Assembly: GCA_035508155.1 (NCBI GenBank)
Contig: DATJNM010000058.1
Span: 316-64,315 of the forward strand
DNA length: 64,000 nt
From: Candidatus Sulfopaludibacter sp.
Lineage (GTDB): Bacteria; Verrucomicrobiota; Verrucomicrobiia; Limisphaerales; UBA11358
Direction of reading: 5' to 3'
Made by a program: the position numbers and the translations under genes. The notes under the pieces were generated by a model. That model had not been told where the DNA came from. It saw only the letters and a program-made list of their open reading frames with translations, and searched no databases. Shown piece by piece: positions 1 through 9,546 of this stretch. Positions within the stretch are counted from its first letter, which is position 1, and each line of letters starts with the position of its first letter.

Positions 1-1
1 T

Positions 2-268
2 GGATTTGAAGTCATTCGCAAATTCCTCACCGATCTGGCGCCTTACGGTCACCCTGACTTTGACCCGAAACTGATCGGGCGCGGCATTAACGTGATGGTC
101 AGCCCGTTGCCCCGCAATAAACGCGCAAAAAATCCGCGGGCGGGTGAAAGCGGGCGGGTGTCGGCGCCGGTATCGGCGAACAATCACGCCCCCTTGCCGC
201 CAACGTCTTCCGAACCCAAGTCCGGCGGTTTTGCGAACAACCCATTCGCAAAAATGGAAATTAAGTAG
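2..268 (+). CDS. C-terminal fragment of an unidentified protein (gene starts upstream of the window)
   Basis: Frame 2 is open from the window edge to TAG 266-268 (88 aa: GFEVIRKFLTDLAPYGHPDFDPKLIGRGINVMV...). Third codon positions are G/C-biased like the neighbouring genes. Family not recognised. Confidence 0.35.
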   Translation, partial: GFEVIRKFLTDLAPYGHPDFDPKLIGRGINVMVSPLPRNKRAKNPRAGESGRVSAPVSANNHAPLPPTSSEPKSGGFANNPFAKMEIK

Positions 269-1703
269 CGGTTCGCATCCGCCAGCTCCGCGCCAGTTCC
301 GGGAAACGGCAACCTTCACATACGGCATTTGAATGTCCGCAGAAGTCGCGGGCGATCTGCATCAAACCCTGTTGCGCCGCAGCATTGCAACATAAGCGGC
401 GGCGCTCCGGTTCCAGCAAACGCTGCCGCGCCAGCCGCAAAATGGAGTTGTCCTGGGCGGGTGGCCACGCAAAATAACGCTGTTCCAGGACGCGTTGTAA
501 CCTCCCGTTTTTGCCCTCCGCCGCCCGCGTCCAAAGCCAGGGTAAAATTACGTTCACCGCCAAATCGGTTACGCGCGCGTCACCCAACAACGGCTGCGGC
601 TTCTTCAACCGCGCCGAGCAAAACGTCCAGTGCCATGACCAAAATTTGTCATGCTCCACTTCAAAGATTTTTCGCAACGCAGCGGGTAACATCGAGTCCG
701 GCGAATCCGTCGCGCACCACCGTTCCAGTCTTTGAACCACGTCACCGGCCGCCAGCCAGTGCGCGGCGAGCGCCAGCCGGCGCTGGGGATGATTGGCCGG
801 GCGCAGGCCCCGGAATTTCCAGGCTGTGCGCGGCAAGATACAATCGCCAAACTCATCACGCTCGCGCCACCAGCGGTCCCAAAGGCAGCGCAAATAAACG
901 TCGTCACCGGTTCGTCCGGGGGACAATTCGGGTGGCAACAAACCGCTGATGCCGAATAGCCGCGCCTGCCAACCGAATACCGGGCCGGCGTCGTGGGACC
1001 AGCGTTCGCGGGATTCGGCCAGACTCTGCATCGGCCACGCGTTGTGCTTGTAACCGAGCGCCCGGAACAATCCTTCCCAAAGACATTGTTCCCAGCCGAC
1101 GGATTGCGCGCGGGCGTGGAACCAGGCGGCCCGGGATTGAAAACGCGCATTGGCGGCCTCGTGCAAAAGGCCGGTCAATTGCGCGTCATCCAGTTCGCGC
1201 AAGGGCAAACAACATCGGCCGCGCAGATTCTCGGGAAACCGGCGCAAGGGTTCGCCCTCGAGCCACAGGCAAAGTTCGCTCAACGGCGCGTCGAGCGAGC
1301 GGCCCAACGACAGCATCGGCGGCGCGCCGGCCACCGGGCGCGCATCCTCCCAAACCACGTGGAGCAGGACATTCCGGAAATTCGGGTTGTGCGCGTGCCC
1401 GTGCGCGCGCCAGTTGCCGGCGCGTAAATCTATTTCCACATCCCCCGCGCGCGGCGCCTCCTCGCCGATTTGAATCACCGCGCCCGAAAAATCCGGTCCG
1501 CCTTCGGGATTGACGAAGCCGGGATGAAAGACCCGCACCGTCCTTCCGTCAGTGGTTTTGAGCCGGTCCCGCTCCAGGCGTTGATGGAGCCAGACGGCCT
1601 GGAGCAGACGCTCGGCCGGCAGGTCATTTTCATCGCGCAGTACGTTCACCGCGCCGAGGCGCGCGCGCCAGAAACCATAGAAGCGGCCGGAAGCTGGAAG
1701 CAT
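261..1703 (-). CDS. DUF2851 family protein
   Basis: Track ORF 261..1769. Blocks LLQAVWLHQRL, VRVFHPGFVNPEGGPDFSGAVIQIG and DVEIDLRAGNWRAHGH fit my recollection of DUF2851. Start trimmed to ATG 1703 (MLPASGRFYG). Confidence 0.65.
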   Translation of the reverse strand: MLPASGRFYGFWRARLGAVNVLRDENDLPAERLLQAVWLHQRLERDRLKTTDGRTVRVFHPGFVNPEGGPDFSGAVIQIGEEAPRAGDVEIDLRAGNWRAHGHAHNPNFRNVLLHVVWEDARPVAGAPPMLSLGRSLDAPLSELCLWLEGEPLRRFPENLRGRCCLPLRELDDAQLTGLLHEAANARFQSRAAWFHARAQSVGWEQCLWEGLFRALGYKHNAWPMQSLAESRERWSHDAGPVFGWQARLFGISGLLPPELSPGRTGDDVYLRCLWDRWWRERDEFGDCILPRTAWKFRGLRPANHPQRRLALAAHWLAAGDVVQRLERWCATDSPDSMLPAALRKIFEVEHDKFWSWHWTFCSARLKKPQPLLGDARVTDLAVNVILPWLWTRAAEGKNGRLQRVLEQRYFAWPPAQDNSILRLARQRLLEPERRRLCCNAAAQQGLMQIARDFCGHSNAVCEGCRFPELARSWRMRTAT

Positions 1704-1864
1704 CTTGAAATTGCTTTTGCGCCGACGATGGCGCAAAGTCAAGCCGACGCGCAGAAAAATTGAACGCACCTATTGTCGGATTTGCCTGTTTATAGAAACA
1801 GGCCGTTGCTTCACAACGAGTTTTTGTTGGCCGAAACCATGCATTTCCAGCTAAACTTCGCGAG

Positions 1865-2839
1865 ATGGCGATGAACGAGACTGCGATGATTGAGGTGAAG
1901 AACCTGACGAAACGCTATGCCGGCCGCACCGCCGTGGCGGGCATCTCGTTCACCGTTGCGCGCGGCGAGATTGTCGGGCTGCTCGGCCCGAACGGCGCGG
2001 GGAAAAGCACGACCATGCGGATTCTGGCGTGCTACCTGCCGGCGACCGCCGGCACGGTGCGAGTGGCGGGTTTTGATGTTTTTCACCAGTCCGATGAAGT
2101 GCGCCGTCGGATTGGCTACATGCCGGAAAACAACCCGCTTTATACCGAAATGCGCGTGCGCGAGTACCTGAAGTTTCGCGCGCGGCTCAAAGGGCTTGGC
2201 TGGCGGCGTTCCCGCGAACGCGTGGGCACGGTGATGGAACAATGCGGGTTGACGGACGTAAGCCGCCGCATCATCGGACAGCTCTCGAAAGGCTACCGCC
2301 AACGGGTCGGCATGGCCGACGCCCTGGTGCACGATCCCGAGCTGATCATCCTGGATGAACCGACCATCGGCCTTGATCCGCATCAGATTCGCGCCGTCCG
2401 GCAGTTGATCAAAAGCCTCGCGCACGCCCACACGGTGCTCATCTCGACGCACATTCTGCCCGAGGCGGAGATGACGTGCAATCGGATGCTCATCCTGTAC
2501 GACGGCCGAATCCTCGCGGCCGATACGCCGGAAAATCTGCAACGGCTGGTGGCCGGAAACAGCCAGATTATTGTCGAACTGGCCGCGCCGGCCGCCGCGT
2601 TGCGCGAATGTTGGTCGCAAGTGCCTGAAATTGAACATTTCGACATATCAGCCAGCGAGGGTGAATTCCAGCGTTGCGCACTGACGCCGCGGGACGGATT
2701 GGATTTGCGCCCGATGATTTTCGCGCTGGCGCTGCAAAACGGCTGGGTGTTGCGCGAGCTGACGCGCAATCGCCATTCGTTGGAGGATATTTACGTTCAG
2801 GTGACGCAGCCGGGCGAAGAGGAAGAGGAAGAAAGCTGA
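1865..2839 (+). CDS. ABC transporter ATP-binding protein (ABC-2 / GldA-like subfamily)
   Basis: Walker A GPNGAGKST, signature LSKGYRQR, Walker B LIILDEPTIGLD, H-loop STHIL. Acidic EEEEEES tail. Confidence 0.93.
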   Translation: MAMNETAMIEVKNLTKRYAGRTAVAGISFTVARGEIVGLLGPNGAGKSTTMRILACYLPATAGTVRVAGFDVFHQSDEVRRRIGYMPENNPLYTEMRVREYLKFRARLKGLGWRRSRERVGTVMEQCGLTDVSRRIIGQLSKGYRQRVGMADALVHDPELIILDEPTIGLDPHQIRAVRQLIKSLAHAHTVLISTHILPEAEMTCNRMLILYDGRILAADTPENLQRLVAGNSQIIVELAAPAAALRECWSQVPEIEHFDISASEGEFQRCALTPRDGLDLRPMIFALALQNGWVLRELTRNRHSLEDIYVQVTQPGEEEEEES

Positions 2840-3591
2840 TGCGAATTTTTTTGACGCTCACACGGCGGGAACTGGCGGCGTTTTTTGTTTCCGTCACGGG
2901 CTACGTCATCATCGCGGCGGTGACGCTGCTGATTGGCTGGAGTTTTGTGGTGCTGATGACCAATCTCGGCGGCGACCCTTCTCCCATGCCGGTGACGCAA
3001 CTGTTTTACCGGACCTATTTCTTCTGGCTCATTGTGTTGCTGGCCACTCCGATCATCACGATGCGTTTGTTCGCCCTGGAAAAATTTTCCGGCACGTTTG
3101 AAACCCTGATGACGGCGCCGGTGACCGATTTGCAGGTGGTGGTGGCAAAATTCACCGCGGCGGTCATTTTTTACACCATCATGTGGCTGCCCATGCTGCC
3201 TTGCCTCTTTGTGGTGCGGCATTTTACCGACCAACCCGGCACGCTGGACCCCGGCACGATCAGCGGAATGTATCTGGGCGTGTTTCTGGTCGGTTGTCTG
3301 TTCCTGTCGCTGGGCTGTTTCGCCTCGGCGCTCAGCCGGAGTCAAATGGCGGCCGCGATGATCAGCTTCGTGCTGGGGGTGAGCCTGTTCTCGCTCGGAT
3401 TTCTGGCCCAGGCGATTACCGCCGCCGCCCAGTGGAAAACACAATTACTCTCCTATTTCGGATTGTTCGATCAGATGAACGATTTTGCGAGCGGCGTCGT
3501 GGACACTCACACGGTGATTTTTTACGTCAGCGTCACGCTGCTTTTTTTATTTTTAACCCTGCGCGTGGTGGAAAGCCGCCGCTGGAGATAA
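2839..3591 (+). CDS. ABC-2 type transporter permease (GldF-like)
   Basis: ATG 2839 overlaps the upstream TGA by 1 nt, so track ORF 2674 is an over-extension. Multiple hydrophobic spans (YVIIAAVTLLIGWSFVVL, FFWLIVLLATPIITM, VIFYVSVTLLFLFLTL). Confidence 0.8.
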   Translation: MRIFLTLTRRELAAFFVSVTGYVIIAAVTLLIGWSFVVLMTNLGGDPSPMPVTQLFYRTYFFWLIVLLATPIITMRLFALEKFSGTFETLMTAPVTDLQVVVAKFTAAVIFYTIMWLPMLPCLFVVRHFTDQPGTLDPGTISGMYLGVFLVGCLFLSLGCFASALSRSQMAAAMISFVLGVSLFSLGFLAQAITAAAQWKTQLLSYFGLFDQMNDFASGVVDTHTVIFYVSVTLLFLFLTLRVVESRRWR

Positions 3592-3592
3592 G

Positions 3593-5068
3593 ATGACCGC
3601 CACGCCCAAACCCCAACCCAGCTTCTCGCCCGGCCGCCGATGGAAAATCGGCTTCGATATGGTCGTGCGGACGGCCTTGGTGCTGGCCGTCGTGGTCATG
3701 TTAAATTATCTGGCCGGCATTTTCACCGAACGGTTCTACCTCAGTTCGCAGACGCGCATTAAAATCTCCCCGCGCACGGTGGATGTGCTTCGATCCGTGA
3801 CGAACCGCGTCACTGTGACGTTGTATTACGACACCCAGGACGATCTCTACCCGACCATCCTGTCCCTGCTCAATGCCTATCACGCCGTGAACCCGAACAT
3901 TTCGATCCGCACGGTGGATTACGTGCGCGACGCGGGCGAAGCGGAAAAAATCAAGACGCAATACAAACTCAATTCGCCGACGGATAAAAATCTCATCATT
4001 TTTGATTGCGGCGGCGGACGTTTGCCCAAAATCGTTCCCGGTGACGCCCTGGCCAAGTACACGCTCGAACAGGTGCCCGATGAAAAGGAACGCGAATTCC
4101 GGAAGAAGCCGGTCGCGTTCCTGGGTGAAATGATGTTCACCTCCACCCTGCTCGCGCTCGAAAATCCCCGGCCGTTTGAAGCCTGTTTTCTCCAGGGTCA
4201 CGGCGAACCGTCGCTGACCGACAGCGGCGACACCGGCTATTTGAAATTCGCCGCCGTCCTGTCACAAAATTACATTCAACTGAAACCGCTCGCGCTGTTG
4301 GGTGACAACTCGGTGCCGGACGATTGCAATCTGCTCATTATCGCCGGGCCCCGGACCTTGTTTTCAAACCCTGAGCTTCAAAAAATTGACCAGTACCTTT
4401 CGCAAGGCGGGCGGCTGTTTCTGTTACTGGATTATTCTTCCATCGAACATCCAACCGGTTTGGAGGATATTCTCCGGCACTGGGGCGTGAATGTCGGCGC
4501 CGATGTGGTCCAGGATCCCAAGAACACGATTTCCGGATCGGATGTGGAGGTTTACAATTTCAGCCAGCACCCGGTCGTCAATCCCCTGACCGGACTGGGG
4601 CTGGAACTGATTCTGCCGCGGCCGGTCAGCCGCATCAACTGGCAGAACCCGCCCGCCGACGCGCCCACGGTGGACGAACTGGCCTTTTCCGGCCCCGATT
4701 CCGGGCTGATGAATCAACGCGGCCTGCCGCCCCGCGGTTATCCGTTGATGGCTGCCGTGGAACAGAACCAGGTCAAAGGCTTGGCCACCGCCCATGGCGG
4801 TTGCCGGATGGTGTTGGTGGGCGATTCGTTATTCCTCAGCAACCGGGTGATTGACGGCGGCGCGAACCGCGATTTTGCCGGTTACGCTGTGAATTGGTTG
4901 CTGGATCGGCCAACCCTGCTGAAGGGCATCGGCCCGCGTCCTGTTGTTGAATTTCGGCTGATGATGACGCGGCAGCAACAACAACGGGTCCGTTGGTTGT
5001 TGCTGGGGGCGTTGCCCGGCAGTGTGCTGGCGCTGGGAGGCCTGGTCTGGCTGCGTCGCAGAAAATAA
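3593..5068 (+). CDS. GldG-like ABC transporter auxiliary protein (ABC_transp_aux family)
   Basis: N-terminal TM (ALVLAVVVMLNYLAGIF), large extracytoplasmic domain and C-terminal TM (WLLLGALPGSVLALGGLVWL). The position directly after an ABC-2 ATPase/permease pair is typical of GldG homologues. Confidence 0.72.
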   Translation: MTATPKPQPSFSPGRRWKIGFDMVVRTALVLAVVVMLNYLAGIFTERFYLSSQTRIKISPRTVDVLRSVTNRVTVTLYYDTQDDLYPTILSLLNAYHAVNPNISIRTVDYVRDAGEAEKIKTQYKLNSPTDKNLIIFDCGGGRLPKIVPGDALAKYTLEQVPDEKEREFRKKPVAFLGEMMFTSTLLALENPRPFEACFLQGHGEPSLTDSGDTGYLKFAAVLSQNYIQLKPLALLGDNSVPDDCNLLIIAGPRTLFSNPELQKIDQYLSQGGRLFLLLDYSSIEHPTGLEDILRHWGVNVGADVVQDPKNTISGSDVEVYNFSQHPVVNPLTGLGLELILPRPVSRINWQNPPADAPTVDELAFSGPDSGLMNQRGLPPRGYPLMAAVEQNQVKGLATAHGGCRMVLVGDSLFLSNRVIDGGANRDFAGYAVNWLLDRPTLLKGIGPRPVVEFRLMMTRQQQQRVRWLLLGALPGSVLALGGLVWLRRRK

Positions 5069-6858
5069 TGAACTCGAAAAACACTTTGTTCTGGCTGGTC
5101 GTCGCCGCAGCGTTGTTCGCGTTCATCTTTGCGTTTGAACATTTCCTGCGGCCGAACGGCGCGGAAGTGACCGCCATCCTGCCGGACCTGCAGCCGGCCA
5201 GCGTCACCAGCGTCGAGGTGATCCCCGCCAACGCACTTGAAATCCGGGCCGACCGTACCAACGGCGCCTGGCGGCTGACCAAGCCCATTGCGTATCCGGC
5301 TCAAAACACCGCCATTGAAACCTTGCTGGCGGTGTTGCAGAAACTCACGCCTGCCATTCGTATCAGCGCCGGGGAACTTCGCGAACAGCATGGCGCGGAG
5401 GCAGATTATGGATTTGAAACTCCGAGTGTTTCGCTCGTGATTGAGGCCGGCGATCAGCGCTGGCAACTCCTGGTGGGCAACAAAACCGCGCCCGGGGACC
5501 AGGTTTTTCTCCGCCTCGTCGGGACCGACGGCGCGTTTGTCACCGATGCCGACTGGCTGAGATACCTCCCGCGGTCATCCGACGATTGGCGCGACACGGC
5601 GCTTGTGAATTTTCAGGATGGGGCGCCCGACTGGATTATTTTGACTAACGGCACGAAGGTCATTGAGTTGCATCGCGGCGCCACCAATCTTCTCTGGCAG
5701 ATGACCCGTCCGCTCGTGGCGCGCGCCAACAGCGGTCGGATCATCGAAGCCCTCCAGCGCCTCGAGGCTGCACGGGTTTCGCAATTTGTCACCGATAATC
5801 CTAAGGCGGACTTGTCCTCGTACGAGTTGCAACCTGCCAGTTTGGATTTGTGGCTCGGCCGGGGAACGAATCTGGTCACCGCCATCCACATCGGCAAAAG
5901 CCCGGCGACCAATTCGGCGTTGGTCTTTGCGCAGCACGACGGCTGGAACACGGTCGTCACCACCGCCAAAGAACCCTTGTCACCCTGGTTCGGCACGGTG
6001 AACGACTTTCGCGATCCGTATTTGCTTGAGTTGTCGGCGCCCGTGGCCGAAATTGACGTGCGGGGTAAAAGCAATTTTACCCTGCAACGCCAGGGCAGCA
6101 ATGACTGGCGGGTGGCCGGCGAGCCTTTTCCGATCGACGCTGCTTCCGTCCAACAGTTCATCAAACTTCTGGCCAATCTGCGCGTGGCGGAATTTGTCAA
6201 GGACGTCGTGACCACACCGGACTGGCCGGCCTATGGACTGGCGACCCCCGCCTGGCAAATTACGTTATTTTCCGCGGCGGGCGACACCAACACGGCCATG
6301 GGGCAACTGCTTTTCGGCGCGACGCAGACCAATGAAGTTTATGTGCGGCGCGCGGATGAGGACTTTGTTTACGCCATTCCGCTGGAGGATTTCGACCAGT
6401 TGCCGGAAGCCGGCTGGGAACTCCGCGAACGGCGGATCTGGAATTTTTCGGAAGCGGAGGTGGCGCAAATCACCATTCATCAGAACGGCCGGACCCGGCA
6501 AATCCTCCATAATGGAGCCAACCGTTGGTCGCTGGCACCGGGTTCGCAGGGCATCATTGTTCCGGCGGCCATCGAGGAAACCGCGCATCAGTTTGGCGAG
6601 CTGACCGCCGCCGCCTGGCTGGCCCATGACGCTGCCGAAGGTCAGAAATTCGGATTCCAACCGGGAAATCTTTCCATCAATCTCGAACTGAAAGACGGCA
6701 CGAAACACACCGTGGATTTTGGCATCTCCGGCTCGCAAACCGCCGTGGCGGCCGTAACGCTGGACGGGGAGCGATGGGTCTTTGTGTTTCCGCCGGTGCT
6801 CTATCAGTTTGTCTTGAGTTATCTGTCCATTCCTGCCCCGCCCGGCGGGAATCCCTGA
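5068..6858 (+). CDS. DUF4340 domain-containing protein
   Basis: ATG 5068 overlaps the upstream TAA by 1 nt. N-terminal TM LFWLVVAAALFAFIFAF, then a long beta-rich domain. This family usually follows GldG-like genes. Confidence 0.6.
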   Translation: MNSKNTLFWLVVAAALFAFIFAFEHFLRPNGAEVTAILPDLQPASVTSVEVIPANALEIRADRTNGAWRLTKPIAYPAQNTAIETLLAVLQKLTPAIRISAGELREQHGAEADYGFETPSVSLVIEAGDQRWQLLVGNKTAPGDQVFLRLVGTDGAFVTDADWLRYLPRSSDDWRDTALVNFQDGAPDWIILTNGTKVIELHRGATNLLWQMTRPLVARANSGRIIEALQRLEAARVSQFVTDNPKADLSSYELQPASLDLWLGRGTNLVTAIHIGKSPATNSALVFAQHDGWNTVVTTAKEPLSPWFGTVNDFRDPYLLELSAPVAEIDVRGKSNFTLQRQGSNDWRVAGEPFPIDAASVQQFIKLLANLRVAEFVKDVVTTPDWPAYGLATPAWQITLFSAAGDTNTAMGQLLFGATQTNEVYVRRADEDFVYAIPLEDFDQLPEAGWELRERRIWNFSEAEVAQITIHQNGRTRQILHNGANRWSLAPGSQGIIVPAAIEETAHQFGELTAAAWLAHDAAEGQKFGFQPGNLSINLELKDGTKHTVDFGISGSQTAVAAVTLDGERWVFVFPPVLYQFVLSYLSIPAPPGGNP

Positions 6859-6859
6859 T

Positions 6860-9511
6860 ATGCGCAGTCGAACTGGCTTCTGGCGGCTGTGCCGGACGCT
6901 GTTCCGCCATTTTCGCCGGCTGATCATTGTCCTCATTCTCGTTTTGATTTGCGCCATTGGCTGGCTCAATCAAGTCGGTCTGCCGGATTTTGTGAAACGG
7001 CCGCTCGTCGAGACGTTGCGCGCGCGCGGCGTTGAACTGGAATTCGCCCGTTTGCGCCTGAGCCTGCGGCGCGGGTTGGTGGCCGACGATGTTCACATTG
7101 GCCGCGCCGAAACGACCGGGAGTCCGACGCTCTCGCTCCGACAGGTTCAATTGCGGCTGGATTATCCGGCGTTGTTGCACCGCCAATGGCAGGTTGACGG
7201 GCTGGTGCTGCGCCAAGGTCAATTCATCTGGCCGCTCTCGCCGACCAACGCGCTGGTGCTCGACCAGGTTCAGTCCGACTTGCGGTTTCAAACCAATGAC
7301 ATCTGGTCACTTGATAATTTTCAGGCTGACTTTGCCGGCGCAAAACTCAGACTATCGGGGGATATCGCCCATGCCTCGGCCTTTCGCAACTGGGAAATTT
7401 TTCACGGTCAAACGACCAACGCCACCGCCTGGCGGGCTCGCTGCCAAACCTTCGCCGATGTACTTCGTCAAATTCATCTGGTCGGCGCGCCCCAATTGAG
7501 TTTAACCGTCAATGGCGACGCGCGTGACCCCCGTTCGTTCAGGATTCACCTGACCATCAACGCGGCCGGCGTTGACACTCCCTGGGGTCGCGCAGCCGCC
7601 ATTCAACTTGTCGCCAGGCTGATGGCGGCCCCGAGAGCACCAGCCACTCCAGCCCCCGCCCGGGGTTGGTGGACCAATCTGCAACCGTATCGCATCGAAT
7701 GGACCGCCCAGGCGGAAAATTTGGAATCACCGCAATTGAGTGTCCAGACTGTCAAGTGCGGTGGATTCTGGCGCGCGCCGGAACTGGCAGTGACAAATTT
7801 GTCCGCCGAATTGGGCGGCGGGCGGCTCGACGCCAAGGCGCGGTTGAATGTGGATACCCGCGCATTCATCTTCACCAATTCGTCGCATTTTGATCCCCCG
7901 GCGATAGCGGCGTTGTTGACGGAAAAAACCCGCGCCTGGCTGACGCAGTTTTCGTGGACTCAACCGCCGACATTACTGGCCGCGGGCTCGCTGATTTTGC
8001 CCGCTTGGACGAATCGGCAGCCCGATTGGCGCGGGGAAGTGCAACCGACGATGCGGCTGACCGGCGAATTCGCTGCGACCAACGGCGCATTTCGCGGCAT
8101 CGCCATTGACTCGGCGCGGGGGAGTTTTTCCTATTCCAATCTGGTCTGGCGGCTGCCTTATCTGGCCGTAACGCGCCCCGAGGGCGCGCTGGATCTCGCC
8201 GACGTCGAGGACGACGCCACCAAAAACTACCACTGGCACATGCAAGGGGCGCTGGCGCCGTATGCCCTCCGGCCCTTGCTGGCCACAAACCACGCCGAGC
8301 GGGTCCTGGACTTGTTCGCATTCGCTCAGCCTCTGTCGCTGAACGCGGACGTGTGGGGTTGTTTGGCTGATAACAACAGCCTGGGCGCCAGGGGACACGT
8401 GGCACTGACAAATTTCACCATCCGCGGCGAGATCGTTGGCTGGGTTGAAGGCGACTTTGGCTATACCAACCGGGTTCTTGATTTTTTCCAGCCGCGCCTC
8501 CAAACCGGCGCGCAAAAGATGAGCGCCGACGGCATCGCCGTGGATTTCAATTCGTGGCGGATTTATTTCACCAATGGTTTCAGCACGGTGGATCCGCGGG
8601 CGGTCGCGCGCGCCATCAGCCGCAAGGCCGGCGAGGTCATGGACCCTTATCGTTTTGGCGCACCCTGTCCGGCGCGCGTGAACGGCTACGCGCCGTTACG
8701 CAGCATGGGGGACGCGGATTTATGGTTTGAGGCGGAAGGCACGCCGTTGGAATGGTTGAAACTCAAGACGTCGCGCATCACCGGGGAAATCCACTGGCTG
8801 GGCGAGACGTTGATGCTGACGAATCTGGCGGCGGCGTTTTATGGCGGGGATGCGAACGGTTTCGCCCATTTTGATTTCCGGCCAAGGTCGGGCGCAGATT
8901 TTGAATTTGCCGCCAATGTCAGAAACGCGAGCTTGCATTTGCTGGCGGCAGATTTATTGTCGCCGACCAATCATCTGGAAGGCGTGCTGAGCGGACGGTT
9001 TGTGATGACGAGCGCAAACTCGGATGACTGGCGCACCTGGAACGGTTACGGGAGGGCCAACCTGCATGATGGATTGATCTGGGATGTTCCTGTTTTTGGC
9101 ATCCTGTCGCCGGTGTTAAATATGGTCATGCCCGGTCTGGGCAGCAGCCGCGCAACGGAGGCGGCGACGCAATTCGGCATGACCAACGGGGTGATATTCT
9201 CAGACGACTTGGAAATTCGATCGACGATGATGCGGTTGCAGTATGACGGCACGGTGGATTTGCGGAGCCACGTGGACGCCCGCGTGACCGCTCAATTGTT
9301 GCGTGACACCTGGGTCGTCGGCCCCCTCTTGAGCACGGCTCTATGGCCGGTCAGCAAGCTGTTTGAATACAAAATCACCGGCACGCTCCAGCACCCGCAA
9401 AGTGAGCCGGTCTATATTCCCAAAGCCCTGCTTCTGCCCTTGCACCCGATCCGCAGTCTGGAGGAGATGCTTTCCAATGGCATCAATACCAACGCGGTGC
9501 CGATGCGGTAA
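6860..9511 (+). CDS. AsmA/TamB-like envelope protein
   Basis: 883 aa. N-terminal anchor LIIVLILVLICAIGWL, then long beta-rich repetitive sequence. C-terminal block VIFSDDLEIRSTMMRLQYDGTVDLRSHVDARV resembles AsmA-like C-terminal regions. Start lies 1 nt after the DUF4340 stop. Confidence 0.55.
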   Translation: MRSRTGFWRLCRTLFRHFRRLIIVLILVLICAIGWLNQVGLPDFVKRPLVETLRARGVELEFARLRLSLRRGLVADDVHIGRAETTGSPTLSLRQVQLRLDYPALLHRQWQVDGLVLRQGQFIWPLSPTNALVLDQVQSDLRFQTNDIWSLDNFQADFAGAKLRLSGDIAHASAFRNWEIFHGQTTNATAWRARCQTFADVLRQIHLVGAPQLSLTVNGDARDPRSFRIHLTINAAGVDTPWGRAAAIQLVARLMAAPRAPATPAPARGWWTNLQPYRIEWTAQAENLESPQLSVQTVKCGGFWRAPELAVTNLSAELGGGRLDAKARLNVDTRAFIFTNSSHFDPPAIAALLTEKTRAWLTQFSWTQPPTLLAAGSLILPAWTNRQPDWRGEVQPTMRLTGEFAATNGAFRGIAIDSARGSFSYSNLVWRLPYLAVTRPEGALDLADVEDDATKNYHWHMQGALAPYALRPLLATNHAERVLDLFAFAQPLSLNADVWGCLADNNSLGARGHVALTNFTIRGEIVGWVEGDFGYTNRVLDFFQPRLQTGAQKMSADGIAVDFNSWRIYFTNGFSTVDPRAVARAISRKAGEVMDPYRFGAPCPARVNGYAPLRSMGDADLWFEAEGTPLEWLKLKTSRITGEIHWLGETLMLTNLAAAFYGGDANGFAHFDFRPRSGADFEFAANVRNASLHLLAADLLSPTNHLEGVLSGRFVMTSANSDDWRTWNGYGRANLHDGLIWDVPVFGILSPVLNMVMPGLGSSRATEAATQFGMTNGVIFSDDLEIRSTMMRLQYDGTVDLRSHVDARVTAQLLRDTWVVGPLLSTALWPVSKLFEYKITGTLQHPQSEPVYIPKALLLPLHPIRSLEEMLSNGINTNAVPMR

Positions 9512-9520
9512 ATTCAAAGT

Positions 9521-9546
9521 GTGCCCTACCGGCCGGGGTAGGGCAC
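9521..9546. terminator. GC-rich hairpin between convergent AsmA-like and secretin genes (candidate bidirectional terminator)
   Basis: GTGCCCTACC (9521-9530), loop ggccgg, GGTAGGGCAC (9537-9546): a perfect 10-bp stem. It overlaps the secretin stop codon (9526-9528). On the minus strand it is followed by ACTTTGAATTT. Confidence 0.45.

Noticed and set aside
2674-6858. N-terminally extended track ORFs 2674-3591 and 4993-6858
   Set aside because: The extensions overlap the preceding genes in another frame. Internal ATGs at 2839 and 5068 sit exactly on the upstream stop codons and are followed immediately by the first TM helix.
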